From: an uncultured Gemmatimonadaceae bacterium | Lineage (GTDB): Bacteria > Gemmatimonadota > Gemmatimonadetes > Gemmatimonadales > Gemmatimonadaceae | Length of the DNA stretch: 64,000 nucleotides | Reading direction: 5' to 3' | NCBI GenBank assembly: GCA_963761305.1 | Contig: CAVXGK010000002.1 | Coordinates: 1,632,001-1,696,000, forward strand | Shown: piece by piece, positions 29,108 through 39,102 of the stretch | Layout of the letters: each line of letters begins with the position of its first letter | How positions within the stretch are numbered: position 1 is the stretch's first letter | Notes under the pieces: generated by a model | The model's database searches: none | Seen by the model: the letters and a program-made list of their open reading frames with translations, nothing else | What the model was told of the DNA's origin: nothing | Translations under genes and position numbers: made by a program

Positions 29108-31513
29108 TCAGCCCCGTGCGGCGCCGGTTTCGACCATCCGTTCCACGGCATCGACGAGCTCGTCGACGTCGATCGGCTTCACGAGATGCAAGGCGAAGCC
29201 CGATGCGTCGCTGCGCTGCCGATCGAGCGACTGGCTGTAGCCGCTCAGCGCGATGAAGACGGGAGGCGAGTCGGCGAGTCGGATGCGAAGCTCGCGCGCC
29301 AGCGCGTAGCCGTCCATCGTCGGCAGCCCGATGTCGAGGATCGCGATTTCGGGACGAAATTCCTGAGCCAGCGAGATCGCCTCGATCGGATCGAGCGCGG
29401 CTCGTACGTCGTAGCCGACGATGCCGAGCAGTCGCGTGAGTCCGTCGGCGACATCGCTGTGATCGTCCACGAGCAGAACGCGCGCCTTCGGCGCGCGCGA
29501 CATTCGGATGGCCGAGTGAGATGAAGCGGGGCGGGCGAAATCCGGCGAGGCGGCGCCCGTCGGAAGTCTGACGGCGAATTCGCTGCCCAATCCCAATCCG
29601 TCGCTGCGCGCGGTCACCGTTCCGCCATGCAGCTCGGTGAGCGTGCGCACCAACGACAAGCCGATGCCGAGCCCGCCTTGTGCGCGATCCGCGCCGCGTG
29701 CGCCCTGGACCAAGGGTTCGAACAGATCCGGCAGGAGCGACGGGTCGATACCGATGCCCGAGTCGCGCACGCGAAGAACGACGGCGTCGCCGTCGCGCTC
29801 CCCCATTACCGAAACAGCTCCGCCGGGAGGCGTGTAGCGCGCGGCGTTCGAGAGCAGATTGTCGACGACCTGGGTCAGCCGAACCTCGTCGCCGTCGACG
29901 GTGAACCGCTCGGCGGGCACGGAGATCTCGAGTCGGTGATGTCGTTCCTTGAAGAGCGGCTCAGTGGCTTCGACGGCACGCGCGACGACGGTCGCCAGAT
30001 CCAATGGAGCCATCGACAGCGTGACCGCGCCCCGCGCGACGCGAGAGACGTCGAGCAGGTCGTCGACGAGACGGACCAGGTGCTTCACCTGGCGGACGAT
30101 GACGTCGAGGTCGTGCCGCGCATCGGCATTCACGCGCCCCTCGAGGAGCCGCGCCGAGGTGAGGATCGGCGTGAGCGGATTGCGCAGCTCGTGCGAGAGG
30201 AGGGCGAGGAACTCGTCCTTGCGGTGATCGGCGCGCCGCAGCGCGTCTTCCGCCTGCTTGAGTCGCGTGACGTCGACGAACGCGCCGATCGCACCACGGG
30301 GCGCGCCCTCGGGATCGCGCAGCGTCACCGCGCTTCCGTAGAGATGCGTGACGCGGCCGTCGTCGAAGTGAATCTCCTCTTCGAAGTTTCTGAGCTCGTC
30401 GCCGCGCGCCGCCCGGTGGATCGGAAGCTGGTCCGCCGGATACTCCGCACCGTTGACGAACATCGAGAAGTGCTGCGTCGGCGTCGAGTCATCCGCGGTC
30501 TTGGACACGTTCTGACCGACGGGCATGCGCAGCACTTCGTAGCCGGCGCGATTTCCGTGAATCTCCTTGGAATCGCGATCGTGCGTGACCCAAACGACGG
30601 CGGGCACGGTGTCCATGAGCGTCGCCAGCTCCTCGGCTCGGGCGCGCGCCTGTGCCTCGCTCGTGCGCAGCGCATCCTCGCTGGCGCGTTGCTCCGTCAC
30701 GTCGGTCGCCGCGCTGACGAGGCATGACACTCCGTCGATCTCGGTCCGCGCGCTCGACAGCACATACGTGACGACGCGGCCGTCCCGCGCCTGAGCGGAA
30801 ACCTCGCGACTCCACTGCGGCGCGGTACTCAGCAGGCCGATGAACGACGAGCGCTCCTCGGCGCTCCACAGCCCGAGCTCCACCGTTGTCTTTCCGACGA
30901 CCTCCTCGCGTGTGAAGCCCATCAGGCGAAGGAAGGCGTCGTTGACGTTCACCAACAATCCGTCCGACTCGCGTGTGATCGCCAGCGGCTCCGGGCTGAT
31001 CTCGAAAACGGTTTCGAAGCGATGCTCCGACGCCCGCAGCAGGTCCTCGGCGACGCGCCGATCGTGGATGTCGAACGTGCCGGCGACCCACCGAATGATT
31101 TCACCACTCGAGTTCCGGACCGGCGCGACGCGGGCGAGATGCCAGCGATACTCGCCCGCCTTGGTTCGAATGCGATATTCGATCTCCGTCGGCGCCAAGG
31201 TCCGAAGGGCTTCGTCCCAACGCCGCCACAACTCGGGTCGGTCGTCGGGATGGACGGCGACGAGCGCTCCTTTTTCGCTCAGCGACTCTTCTTCGGTCAG
31301 CCCCGTCAGCTCGAGCCAGCGATCGTTGACCCACTCGAGCTGGCCCTGCGCGTTGCAGGTCCAAATGATTTGCGGCAGCGCGTTGGCCAGTGCGCGATCC
31401 GCCCCGTCGCCAGGCGCGAGCCGCGGGTTATCGACGCCGTCGCGTTCCGAGTCTCGAGTGGATGACAACACGGTGTGTGGGTGAGCGGCGCTCAGTATGC
31501 GCCGCCGACCCAC
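29108..31513 (-). CDS. Hybrid PAS sensor histidine kinase / response regulator
   Basis: PAS domains, SHELRNPL H-box, NLLSNAARY, DSGIG, GLGIGL, receiver LLVDD..LDIGLP..KP; start uncertain. Confidence 0.93.
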   Translation of the reverse strand: MGRRRILSAAHPHTVLSSTRDSERDGVDNPRLAPGDGADRALANALPQIIWTCNAQGQLEWVNDRWLELTGLTEEESLSEKGALVAVHPDDRPELWRRWDEALRTLAPTEIEYRIRTKAGEYRWHLARVAPVRNSSGEIIRWVAGTFDIHDRRVAEDLLRASEHRFETVFEISPEPLAITRESDGLLVNVNDAFLRLMGFTREEVVGKTTVELGLWSAEERSSFIGLLSTAPQWSREVSAQARDGRVVTYVLSSARTEIDGVSCLVSAATDVTEQRASEDALRTSEAQARARAEELATLMDTVPAVVWVTHDRDSKEIHGNRAGYEVLRMPVGQNVSKTADDSTPTQHFSMFVNGAEYPADQLPIHRAARGDELRNFEEEIHFDDGRVTHLYGSAVTLRDPEGAPRGAIGAFVDVTRLKQAEDALRRADHRKDEFLALLSHELRNPLTPILTSARLLEGRVNADARHDLDVIVRQVKHLVRLVDDLLDVSRVARGAVTLSMAPLDLATVVARAVEATEPLFKERHHRLEISVPAERFTVDGDEVRLTQVVDNLLSNAARYTPPGGAVSVMGERDGDAVVLRVRDSGIGIDPSLLPDLFEPLVQGARGADRAQGGLGIGLSLVRTLTELHGGTVTARSDGLGLGSEFAVRLPTGAASPDFARPASSHSAIRMSRAPKARVLLVDDHSDVADGLTRLLGIVGYDVRAALDPIEAISLAQEFRPEIAILDIGLPTMDGYALARELRIRLADSPPVFIALSGYSQSLDRQRSDASGFALHLVKPIDVDELVDAVERMVETGAARG

Positions 31514-31565
31514 GCCACCGCCAGGGCCTACAGATGCTCAGGCCGTCGTGCGACGTGAACGCGCG

Positions 31566-32192
31566 TCAGGGTCCGAGATACAGCACGTGGACGTACGTGC
31601 CGAGCCGAACATTGTACGCCAAGTAGTAACCGGGGTGATCCGGATCGGCGTAGAGCACGATGTCGTCCGTGTCCCACAGCCAGTCGTTGGCATACCCGTA
31701 GTCGAATGGCGCCACGCTGAAGAAGTATCCGCCGAATCCAAACCGTTGCGGGCTGCCGCCGCCGAGACGATAGACGCGAGTCGCGCCGATCGTACCCGGA
31801 AAGTGTCCGTGCTCCCAGGGACGATCGAGGTGATAATTCACGTCGGCCCGTCCGGTCTCGTGACCAACCCAATGACTGGTTTGGACGTCGACGTGCGGCG
31901 CGTTCGGATGTCCGGGCTTCTCAGCGAGTACGCGCGGGGCTGGTTGCGGCGCCGGCGTTCCCGCACGCGGCTGAGCCGCTCGTACCTGCGGGCGGGCCGG
32001 TGCGGCCGGCGGTCCGTGCTGGGGAATGAAGCCGCCGCCGACGGGCGGCGCCGGGTGAGGGGCGGGCGCCGGATGCGCCGCAGGCGTTGGATGGGCAGGC
32101 GCCGGATGCGCCGGTTCTTCACCACGGCCACGCTGTGCTTGAAGCGAGGCGGCAGTGAACAGCGATGCTGCGAGAACGAGGATCACTTTCAT
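31566..32192 (-). CDS. Secreted hypothetical protein with Pro/His-rich N-terminus
   Basis: Signal peptide, PAPAHP repeats, aromatic C-terminal domain (DPDHPGYYLAYNVRLGTYVHV). Confidence 0.8.
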   Translation of the reverse strand: MKVILVLAASLFTAASLQAQRGRGEEPAHPAPAHPTPAAHPAPAPHPAPPVGGGFIPQHGPPAAPARPQVRAAQPRAGTPAPQPAPRVLAEKPGHPNAPHVDVQTSHWVGHETGRADVNYHLDRPWEHGHFPGTIGATRVYRLGGGSPQRFGFGGYFFSVAPFDYGYANDWLWDTDDIVLYADPDHPGYYLAYNVRLGTYVHVLYLGP

Positions 32193-32252
32193 TTTGAGCT
32201 CCGTGTCTGAACGAACCGATGTCTGAAGTCCTGGTCGCGCTCCGTACCGGGA

Positions 32253-32519
32253 CTATCGGTCCGGATGGTCGTGGCGCCAGCGCCAATAGTCACGCTGCTG
32301 GTCTTCGCGACGAGTCGCGAACTCCACGTGCTGGAATTGGCGCTCGGTTTCCCATCGCCGGTACGCGACGTCTTCGCGGGAATCCCATCGGTGCGTGTCG
32401 CTGTAAACGGGGTCGAAATAGCTCCGTCCGGCGCAGGCAGAGATCGATGCGACGGACCCCACGGACGCTGCGCCGATGACGAACGCCGGGAGGCTGCGCA
32501 GAAGCAATCGAGTTCGCAT
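32253..32519 (-). CDS. Small hypothetical lipoprotein
   Basis: ISAC lipobox; HRWD..E..AY and YWRWRHDHPD. Confidence 0.72.
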   Translation of the reverse strand: MRTRLLLRSLPAFVIGAASVGSVASISACAGRSYFDPVYSDTHRWDSREDVAYRRWETERQFQHVEFATRREDQQRDYWRWRHDHPDR

Positions 32520-32663
32520 GGTGGTCAATGAGTGTGTGTTTTGTTCCGCGCCTGTCGGAGCGCGAGTGCGTACTGCTGAGCTCATTGAGCAAGTACCGTG
32601 CGGACTCTACGGCGAAAGCGGTTTGGGGGGCACTAAGATCTCATTGCGGGTGAAAGAGCTGAC

Positions 32664-32767
32664 GGCGCAACGGGCATCTGGGCAAAAAGCGCGGGGGCGA
32701 ACAGCGCGCCCCCTCGCGCCGTTCGCCCCCGCGTCGTTCGGCCGTCGCGCTCTTTGGCCGTTGCGCC
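32664..32767. repeat. Intergenic imperfect inverted repeat (~104 nt)
   Basis: Nested stems ggcgcaacgg/ccgttgcgcc and gcgggggcgaac/gttcgcccccgc. Confidence 0.7.
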
Positions 32768-32782
32768 CTTCAGCTTTTCATG

Positions 32783-34104
32783 TCAGCCAGGACCCGTCTT
32801 CATCGTCGCCGAGATCTTCGCGCTGAACTGGAGATCGTAGTTGTTCGGCGTGCGCGTGTGATAGCTCTTGTACGTCGCCGTGTGGATGTCGTGCTCGAGC
32901 GGCGGCGACGAGGCGATTGCGCCCGTGTCGACGCGCGCTTGCAGGCCGCGCTTGCACATCTCGGCCCACACGACGTCCGGGTCGAACGGCGAGATGCCGA
33001 ACGAGATGTGGCCCATCACCGCGCTACGCACGGCCGGCATCACGAAGCCCGGCGCGTTCGCGTTGCCGTTTTGTCCGCTGCGAATCAGCAGCCCGCCGAT
33101 CTCCGGCGAGATCTGCGTCTCGTTCTGACTGCCTTCGTCGCCGAGACCCTTCCAGCCGAGCAGCGCCTCATAGAACGCGACCGTCTCCTTGTAGCTCGTG
33201 CATTGATACGAGATGTGGTCGAGATACATCGTCTTCCAGCCCGTCGGCTCGAACGGGAGTTCGACGTTGAGCTTTCCGTTCGCCGGACCTTGGCGGCGAT
33301 TCTTCTTGTTGCCGTTCGTGAGCCACACGTCCATGCCGTCCGGATCCTTCACATGGAAGCTGCGGAAGTCGTTGCCGCTGTGGTCCGCGACGGGATTGAG
33401 GCCGCGCGCCTTGAGCGCGGCTTCGACCTTGTTCGTGTCCCACGGCTCGATGCCCCACGCGAAGCCGTCCCACAGCGCGCCGCCGCCCTGAACGCCGGCG
33501 ACCCTGGGCGTCGTGCACGCGGCCATGTGGCTCGGATCCTCACCGCGTCCGCCGCCGCCACCACCGCCGCCGCCTAAACCGCGGCCACCACCGCCGCCCC
33601 TGCCCCCCGCGGTGTCACCGGCTTGGCGAGTTCCACCGCCGGCAGCGCCGCCTCCTCCTCCACCCCACCCCCACCCCCACCCCCACCGCCACCGCCGCGA
33701 CCGCCGCGGCCTCCGCCGGCCGGCGGCGTGTAGCCGCCGTGAATCTTCACACCGCCCCAGTCGCCGATGTCCATGTAGATCTCATTTCCATCGTTGCTGC
33801 GAACCTTCCAGCCAAGAAACGCGGCGTAAAAAGCGGCTTCTTTTTCCGGTTCAGTGACCTTCATGTTGAAGTGATCGAGCAACACCGTGCGGTACCCGGT
33901 CGGCTCGAAGGGCGCCTTGAACGGCGTCTTGTTGCACGCGTCGCTCGTGTCGCGATCGCGGCCGGCGCACTGCCCTTGGCCAAAGGCGCGCGCGAGCGGC
34001 ACGAGCGGCACAGACGCGGCGGCAAGGCCGAGGGCCTGGAAGAGCTGGCGTCGCGAGATCGCTCCGCGATCGAACGCGTCGAACAATCGGGTTGGGTCGC
34101 CCAC
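32783..34104 (-). pseudogene. Double VOC (glyoxalase-like) protein with Tat-type signal, frameshifted in a poly-Gly linker
   Basis: ORFs 33574..34104 and 32783..33526 together align with intact paralog 41532..42665; one G missing in the run at 33663-33666. Confidence 0.85.
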
Positions 34105-34191
34105 CGGAGGCTCCTGCGAGGTGTCGGGTGATGGAAGTTGCTGTGGTCAGCAGACTATGCTGCGAATTCCACTGACGAGCAAGGGAGTGAC

Positions 34192-34758
34192 ATGGCGGTT
34201 CTTCATCGGTGTACGTGGGCCGAGGGCGATGCGCTGATGCGCGCCTACCACGACGAGGAATGGGGCGTCCCGGTGCGGGACTCACGGCTGTTGTGGGAGA
34301 TGCTGATGCTCGAGGGATTCCAGGCCGGGCTCGCCTGGATCATCGTCCTGCGAAAGCGGCCGGCGTTCCGGAAGGCATTCGCCGGGTTCGATCCGAAGAA
34401 AGTGGCTCGCTTCGGCACGCGCGACGTCACGCGTCTCATGGCGGACGAGGGGATCATCCGCGCGCGGGCGAAGATCGAGTCCACGATTCGCGGCGCGCAG
34501 ATCTATTTGGAAATGATGGAGCGCGGCGAGCGGTTCGTCGACTTCTGCTGGTCGTTCACCGACGGCAAGGTCGTGAAGGGCAACGGCCGCACGCTGCCCT
34601 CGTCGTCACCACTCTCCGAGCGGATGTCGAAGGAGATGAAGCGGCGCGGCTTCAAGTTCGTCGGCCCGACGATCGTCTACGCGTGGGCGCAGGCGGTTGG
34701 AATCGTCAACGACCACTCGTCGCGGTGTTTTCGGCGGAACCAGGTGACGAATTCCTAG
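34192..34758 (+). CDS. tag: DNA-3-methyladenine glycosylase I
   Basis: RCTW, YHDEEWG, LEGFQAGL, GFKFVGPT, VNDH...C. Confidence 0.96.
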   Translation: MAVLHRCTWAEGDALMRAYHDEEWGVPVRDSRLLWEMLMLEGFQAGLAWIIVLRKRPAFRKAFAGFDPKKVARFGTRDVTRLMADEGIIRARAKIESTIRGAQIYLEMMERGERFVDFCWSFTDGKVVKGNGRTLPSSSPLSERMSKEMKRRGFKFVGPTIVYAWAQAVGIVNDHSSRCFRRNQVTNS

Positions 34759-34776
34759 AAACGCGACGAGCGAAGC

Positions 34777-35430
34777 TCACTCGAGGAGGCGCTTGAGCTC
34801 GGACACCTCCTGTCGCAAATCGGCCACTTCGCCGCGCAACGACTCGATCGTGTTCTCGAGAGCATCGAGTCGATCCGGCTCTTCGGGAACGACCGCGGCA
34901 GCCTGACCCGGTGCGGCGGGCGCGGCGACCGTGACGTCGCCGGACAACAAGTGCGCGAACCGCGCCTCCTTCTGCCCCGCCTGACGCTCGAGACGGGTGA
35001 CGAGCGGAGACGGCGTCCGCGCGGCCAACGCGTTGAGTGTTGCCTCGACGTCTTCGAGACTCTGAAAGTCGAATAGGCGGGCGGTGCGCGTTCGTAGCTC
35101 GCCGATCGTCTGCGATCCGCGCAGCATGAGCACGCACAGCGTCGCGATCTCCGGACGAGACAGGTCCAGCGCGTCGCTCATGAGGTGCATGTACTTCATC
35201 ACCCGCGCGTCGGCTCGCTGGATGCTGCGGACGAGCGAATACTTGCGAAGCCGGTCTACCGCGGCCTTGACGGTCGCGTCGTCGTACTGCACGACGGGGT
35301 CGCGATTCGACAGTTGATTGCAGGCGTTCGTGAGCGCGTTGAGCGAGAGCGGGTAGTTCTCGGGCGTCGTCAGCTCTTTCTCGGCCAACGAGCCGAGGAC
35401 GCGCACGTCCTCAGCGCTCAGCAGTTCCAT
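34777..35430 (-). CDS. YceH / DUF480 family protein
   Basis: RVLGSLAEKELTTPENYPLSLNAL, ACNQ.SNRDPV, LMLRG.QT.GELR, RFAHLL. Confidence 0.92.
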   Translation of the reverse strand: MELLSAEDVRVLGSLAEKELTTPENYPLSLNALTNACNQLSNRDPVVQYDDATVKAAVDRLRKYSLVRSIQRADARVMKYMHLMSDALDLSRPEIATLCVLMLRGSQTIGELRTRTARLFDFQSLEDVEATLNALAARTPSPLVTRLERQAGQKEARFAHLLSGDVTVAAPAAPGQAAAVVPEEPDRLDALENTIESLRGEVADLRQEVSELKRLLE

Positions 35431-35440
35431 GAACGACTCG

Positions 35441-36793
35441 CTACGGAATGACCCTCGGCCGAGCGGTCGCCTTGCGCGCCGCGACGAGCGAGTCGAACTC
35501 GGCCTGCTCGAGATAGGTCACGTCGATCCAGTTGTGCGCCATCTCGTCGACCGTGCGGTCGCCCCAGCCGATCCACTGGTTCGGGTCGGGGTTGTTCTTG
35601 TTCGCCGCGGTGTTGTCGTGCCATGCGGTGAAGGCGAGCGTCGTGCCTTTGGGCAGGAGCGGCGCGACGTCGTCGGCGTAGACGTAGTTGATGTGCCAGT
35701 TCCACTGGAAGTTCTTGACCTGGCTCAACACCTCGCGGCGTCCGTCGGGATAGATCGCCTCGAGCGACATCGCCGTACCACGCATGTGCATGTGCGGCTG
35801 GAAATTCTCCAGGCGCGCCGGCGCCTGCAGCACATAGAAATTCTGCGTTATCGTCTTCTCATTCGGCGGGATGTCGAGCTCCGAGTTCCGCGCCGCATTG
35901 AACATCGTGAGCACGGTGCGGTGCTTGGGGACGAAGCCCTTCGGGTAGAAGTAGATCGCCAACTCGACCTGGCTGTCCTTGTACTCCTGCCCCACCGCGT
36001 GCATGTGGATCTCGTAGCGGATCTTTGAGCCGGGGAGCATCAGCTTGCCGGCGTCCTTCTCATAGATCTGCCCCGTCTTGCCGACGGCCCATTCCATGAA
36101 CAGGCCGGGATTGTTCTGGTGGTCGTGCGCCGTGCTGGCGAGGCCGGTGATCTCCGGCTCGTCCTGGATCAGATAGGCGAGCACGTGATGGATGATCTTG
36201 CGATCGCCGACGCGCACCGGCTTGACTTCCATCGCTCGCACCCAGCGCGGTTCGGTGATCCCGGTCTCGATCGTCGGACGGTACCACTTGTCCTGCGTGT
36301 GCGCGGCCAGCGTGTACGGCGTCGATCGAATCACGAGATCCGGCGGACCGCCCATCTGGCCTTCGAGCTGCCAGCGATTCGGATCGGCGAACTCGACCGG
36401 CGGCGGCTCGTCGGCCGGATTGCCCCGCGGCGTGCCGTCGTCTATCCAGTTCACGATCGTCGCGATCTGGTCGTCGGTGAGGCTGCGGTCGTTTTTGAAT
36501 TTCTGAATGCCGACCGTCTTATCGATGTGCCAGGGCGGCATCAGGCGGTTCGCCACCTTGTCGCGAATCAGCTTCGCGTTGTCGACCGCGTCGTCGTAGG
36601 TCAGGAGCGACATCGGCGCGATCGATCCGGGCTGGTGGCACACTTGGCACTTCTGCTGGAGAATCGGCGCCACGTCCTTGGCGTACGTCACGTCGCGGTG
36701 CGTCCTCGCGACGGCCGGCCTCGGCCGAGTGACGAGCAGCGGAACGCCGAGCGCGGCGATGGCGGCGACAGCGAGCGTCGGGTACAGCCTCAT
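35441..36793 (-). CDS. Heme-c plus copper type II monooxygenase-like periplasmic protein
   Basis: CQVCH, MPPW, IIHHV, EIHMH, PHMHMRG, WNWH, DEM. Confidence 0.8.
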   Translation of the reverse strand: MRLYPTLAVAAIAALGVPLLVTRPRPAVARTHRDVTYAKDVAPILQQKCQVCHQPGSIAPMSLLTYDDAVDNAKLIRDKVANRLMPPWHIDKTVGIQKFKNDRSLTDDQIATIVNWIDDGTPRGNPADEPPPVEFADPNRWQLEGQMGGPPDLVIRSTPYTLAAHTQDKWYRPTIETGITEPRWVRAMEVKPVRVGDRKIIHHVLAYLIQDEPEITGLASTAHDHQNNPGLFMEWAVGKTGQIYEKDAGKLMLPGSKIRYEIHMHAVGQEYKDSQVELAIYFYPKGFVPKHRTVLTMFNAARNSELDIPPNEKTITQNFYVLQAPARLENFQPHMHMRGTAMSLEAIYPDGRREVLSQVKNFQWNWHINYVYADDVAPLLPKGTTLAFTAWHDNTAANKNNPDPNQWIGWGDRTVDEMAHNWIDVTYLEQAEFDSLVAARKATARPRVIP

Positions 36794-37614
36794 GGCGTCA
36801 CCCTCACTTTGACGAAGCCGTTGGTCCAGCAGCACTGCGCGTGTCCGGCCGTGACCACTTCCGAATCGTTCGCGCGGACGCGAAGGATGTAGTCACCGGG
36901 CGTGCTGAACGTCGCCGACGTCGTCGCCGTTCCACCCGTTGGGGTGAGGCGCGACGACGGCGTGCTGAACGTGACCTGCGCCGGACCCTGATGCGTGAAC
37001 CACGTGAGCGTCACGGGATAGCCGCCGCGCGTGAGCCCGGCGCCGTCGTCCTTCGTGATGACCGTGATCGCGAGCGGCTTGCCGACGACGGCTGTGCGTT
37101 CGACGGTGATGCCGGCGGGACCGCGACCCTGCGCGCCGCCCTCGTCGAAGCTCAACGCCGGCGGCGTGTTGTTGGAACCGGCTTCGCCCTCGAGCGCGTC
37201 GATCTGCCACTCCTCGCGCAGGCTGCCGGGAATGGAGAAGGTCTGCCCGTTGACCTTGATCGTCCAAACGACCTTCTGCTTGTCGCCGAAATCAGCCGGC
37301 ACCTTGACCGCGAACACACCCCAGTGGCGGCGCGGATACAAGTACCTCGGCTGTCCCTGATTCGGGTCGCCGGGACTCACGAAGTTGTCGGGGCCGACGG
37401 GGATCGAGAGCACCTCGGTCATGTTGCGGTTGTAGTAGCCGAACGAAATGCTGTACGTGCCGTCGGCGTTCTTGTACCAGCCCTCGAACGCGGGCGTCGC
37501 GGTCTGTCCTGTCGCGGCGGGCGCGGCGAGCGGAACCTGGGCCACGCCGACTCGCGGCGCGACCGCCACTCCGATCACGCACGACACAAACCGACCGATC
37601 ACGCGGAGCCGCAC
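36790..37614 (-). CDS. Secreted hypothetical protein with C-terminal PKD/Ig-like segment
   Basis: PAFEGWYKNADGTYSISFGYYNRN, ATFSTPGDYILRVRAND; ATGA overlap with the next gene. Confidence 0.8.
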   Translation of the reverse strand: MRLRVIGRFVSCVIGVAVAPRVGVAQVPLAAPAATGQTATPAFEGWYKNADGTYSISFGYYNRNMTEVLSIPVGPDNFVSPGDPNQGQPRYLYPRRHWGVFAVKVPADFGDKQKVVWTIKVNGQTFSIPGSLREEWQIDALEGEAGSNNTPPALSFDEGGAQGRGPAGITVERTAVVGKPLAITVITKDDGAGLTRGGYPVTLTWFTHQGPAQVTFSTPSSRLTPTGGTATTSATFSTPGDYILRVRANDSEVVTAGHAQCCWTNGFVKVRVTP

Positions 37615-37721
37615 GCCGATTTCCCCTCTGTGGAGGCCCCGGGAAGTTGTCGAAAGTGGGACCGGGGCGGCAAGCCCTTCGTCCCGGTTCGTGTCGCCAC
37701 CCGGGCTGGTGGGCGAATCCA

Positions 37722-37880
37722 GCATCAACGGGGGAAACACGGACACAGACGGATTTGACGGACACAAACGGAAACGGCAAAACACCAAACGCTTTTGTGA
37801 ACTGCGAAACCAGCTCCGAGCGCGGAGGCTCCGTTTCGGTCCGTTCGATCCGATTGTGTCCGTGTTCCCCCCGTTGATGC
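37722..37880. repeat. MITE/REP-like element with ~26-bp terminal inverted repeats, copy 1
   Basis: gcatcaacgggggaaacacggacaca ... tgtgtccgtgttccccccgttgatgc. Confidence 0.85.
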
Positions 37881-37926
37881 CCGCCTTCAGGAACGGCCGG
37901 GGTGGCGGACGGCGCCCAGGGGGTGA

Positions 37927-39102
37927 CTACGACGGCAGCGGCAGAGTGAACGAGAAGCTCGCGCCGCCGCCGTCGTTGGCCTCGGCCCAGAGCCGGCCTC
38001 CGTGCGCCTCGATGATCGAGCGGCTGATCGACAGGCCCCAGCCCATGCCGTCGGGCTTGGTGGTGTACGATTCGCTGAACAGCCGCGCGCGATCCACGTT
38101 GGCGAGCCCAACGCCGGTGTCGCTCACCGTGAGACGCGCCGTGCCGTCGGGATTCAACGTCGCGAGGATCGACAGCCGCCGGGCGGATTCGTCGGCGACG
38201 TCCTCCATCGCTTGAATGCCGTTGCTGATCAGGTTGAGGATCACCTGCCGCAGCTGCACGCGGTCGCCGAGGATCATGCGCTGGCCCACGTCGAGCCGCA
38301 CGTCGAGGGCGATGCGGTGTTCGAGCAGCGTCGCGGACACCATCATGCACACTTCGTTCACGATGGCCGTCAAGTCGAGCGGCGCCTGCTCGGGATCGCC
38401 CTGGCCGAAGAGATGTCGGGTGTGGTGGATCACGTCGCGCGCGACGCGCGACGACTCGAGCACGTCGTGCAGGCTTCGTCGCACCTCGCCGAGATCGTTC
38501 TCGCCCCGCTCGAGCAGGCGCAGCGACGCGCGCGAGTTGGCGATGATCGCCGTGAGCGGCTGGGCGAGCTCGTGGGCGATCGACGCCGCGAACTCGCCGA
38601 GCGTCGCGAGCTTCGAGGCGCGCATCAGCTCCAGCTGCGCGTTCTGGAGCGCGGCCGCCGCGCGCTTCTCCGCCGTGATGTCTCGAATGATGCTGAGAAA
38701 CTTGTCCGATTCGCAGCGGACCATCCGCGCCTCGAATTGCCGCAGCTCGCCGGAGGGAATCGGCACTTCATATTCGACGATCACCGGTTCTTCGCCGTCG
38801 AACAGACGCTGGATTTTCTCCTCGAACATCGCCGAGAACGCCGGCGGAAAAATGTCGCGCATTTTCCGCCCGAGAAACTGTGACGGGGGGACAAAGAGCA
38901 GCGACTCGTCTCTCGCGTTGTAGTCCACGTACACACCGTCTCGCGTCTGGACGAACATCAGATCGGGGAGCGCCCGCAGGATCGCGTTGTTGCGCGCTTC
39001 CGTCCGACGGCGCCTCGCTCGACTGACGAGAAGCGCCGCGATCCATCCCGCCTGAACCGCGACGAGCACGACAACGGCGCCCAACACCGTCTCTCGGGAC
39101 AT
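37927..39102 (-). CDS. Membrane-anchored PAS sensor histidine kinase
   Basis: AHELAQPL, NLISNG, DTGVG, GMGWGL; GGAGG RBS. Confidence 0.92.
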   Translation of the reverse strand: MSRETVLGAVVVLVAVQAGWIAALLVSRARRRRTEARNNAILRALPDLMFVQTRDGVYVDYNARDESLLFVPPSQFLGRKMRDIFPPAFSAMFEEKIQRLFDGEEPVIVEYEVPIPSGELRQFEARMVRCESDKFLSIIRDITAEKRAAAALQNAQLELMRASKLATLGEFAASIAHELAQPLTAIIANSRASLRLLERGENDLGEVRRSLHDVLESSRVARDVIHHTRHLFGQGDPEQAPLDLTAIVNEVCMMVSATLLEHRIALDVRLDVGQRMILGDRVQLRQVILNLISNGIQAMEDVADESARRLSILATLNPDGTARLTVSDTGVGLANVDRARLFSESYTTKPDGMGWGLSISRSIIEAHGGRLWAEANDGGGASFSFTLPLPS

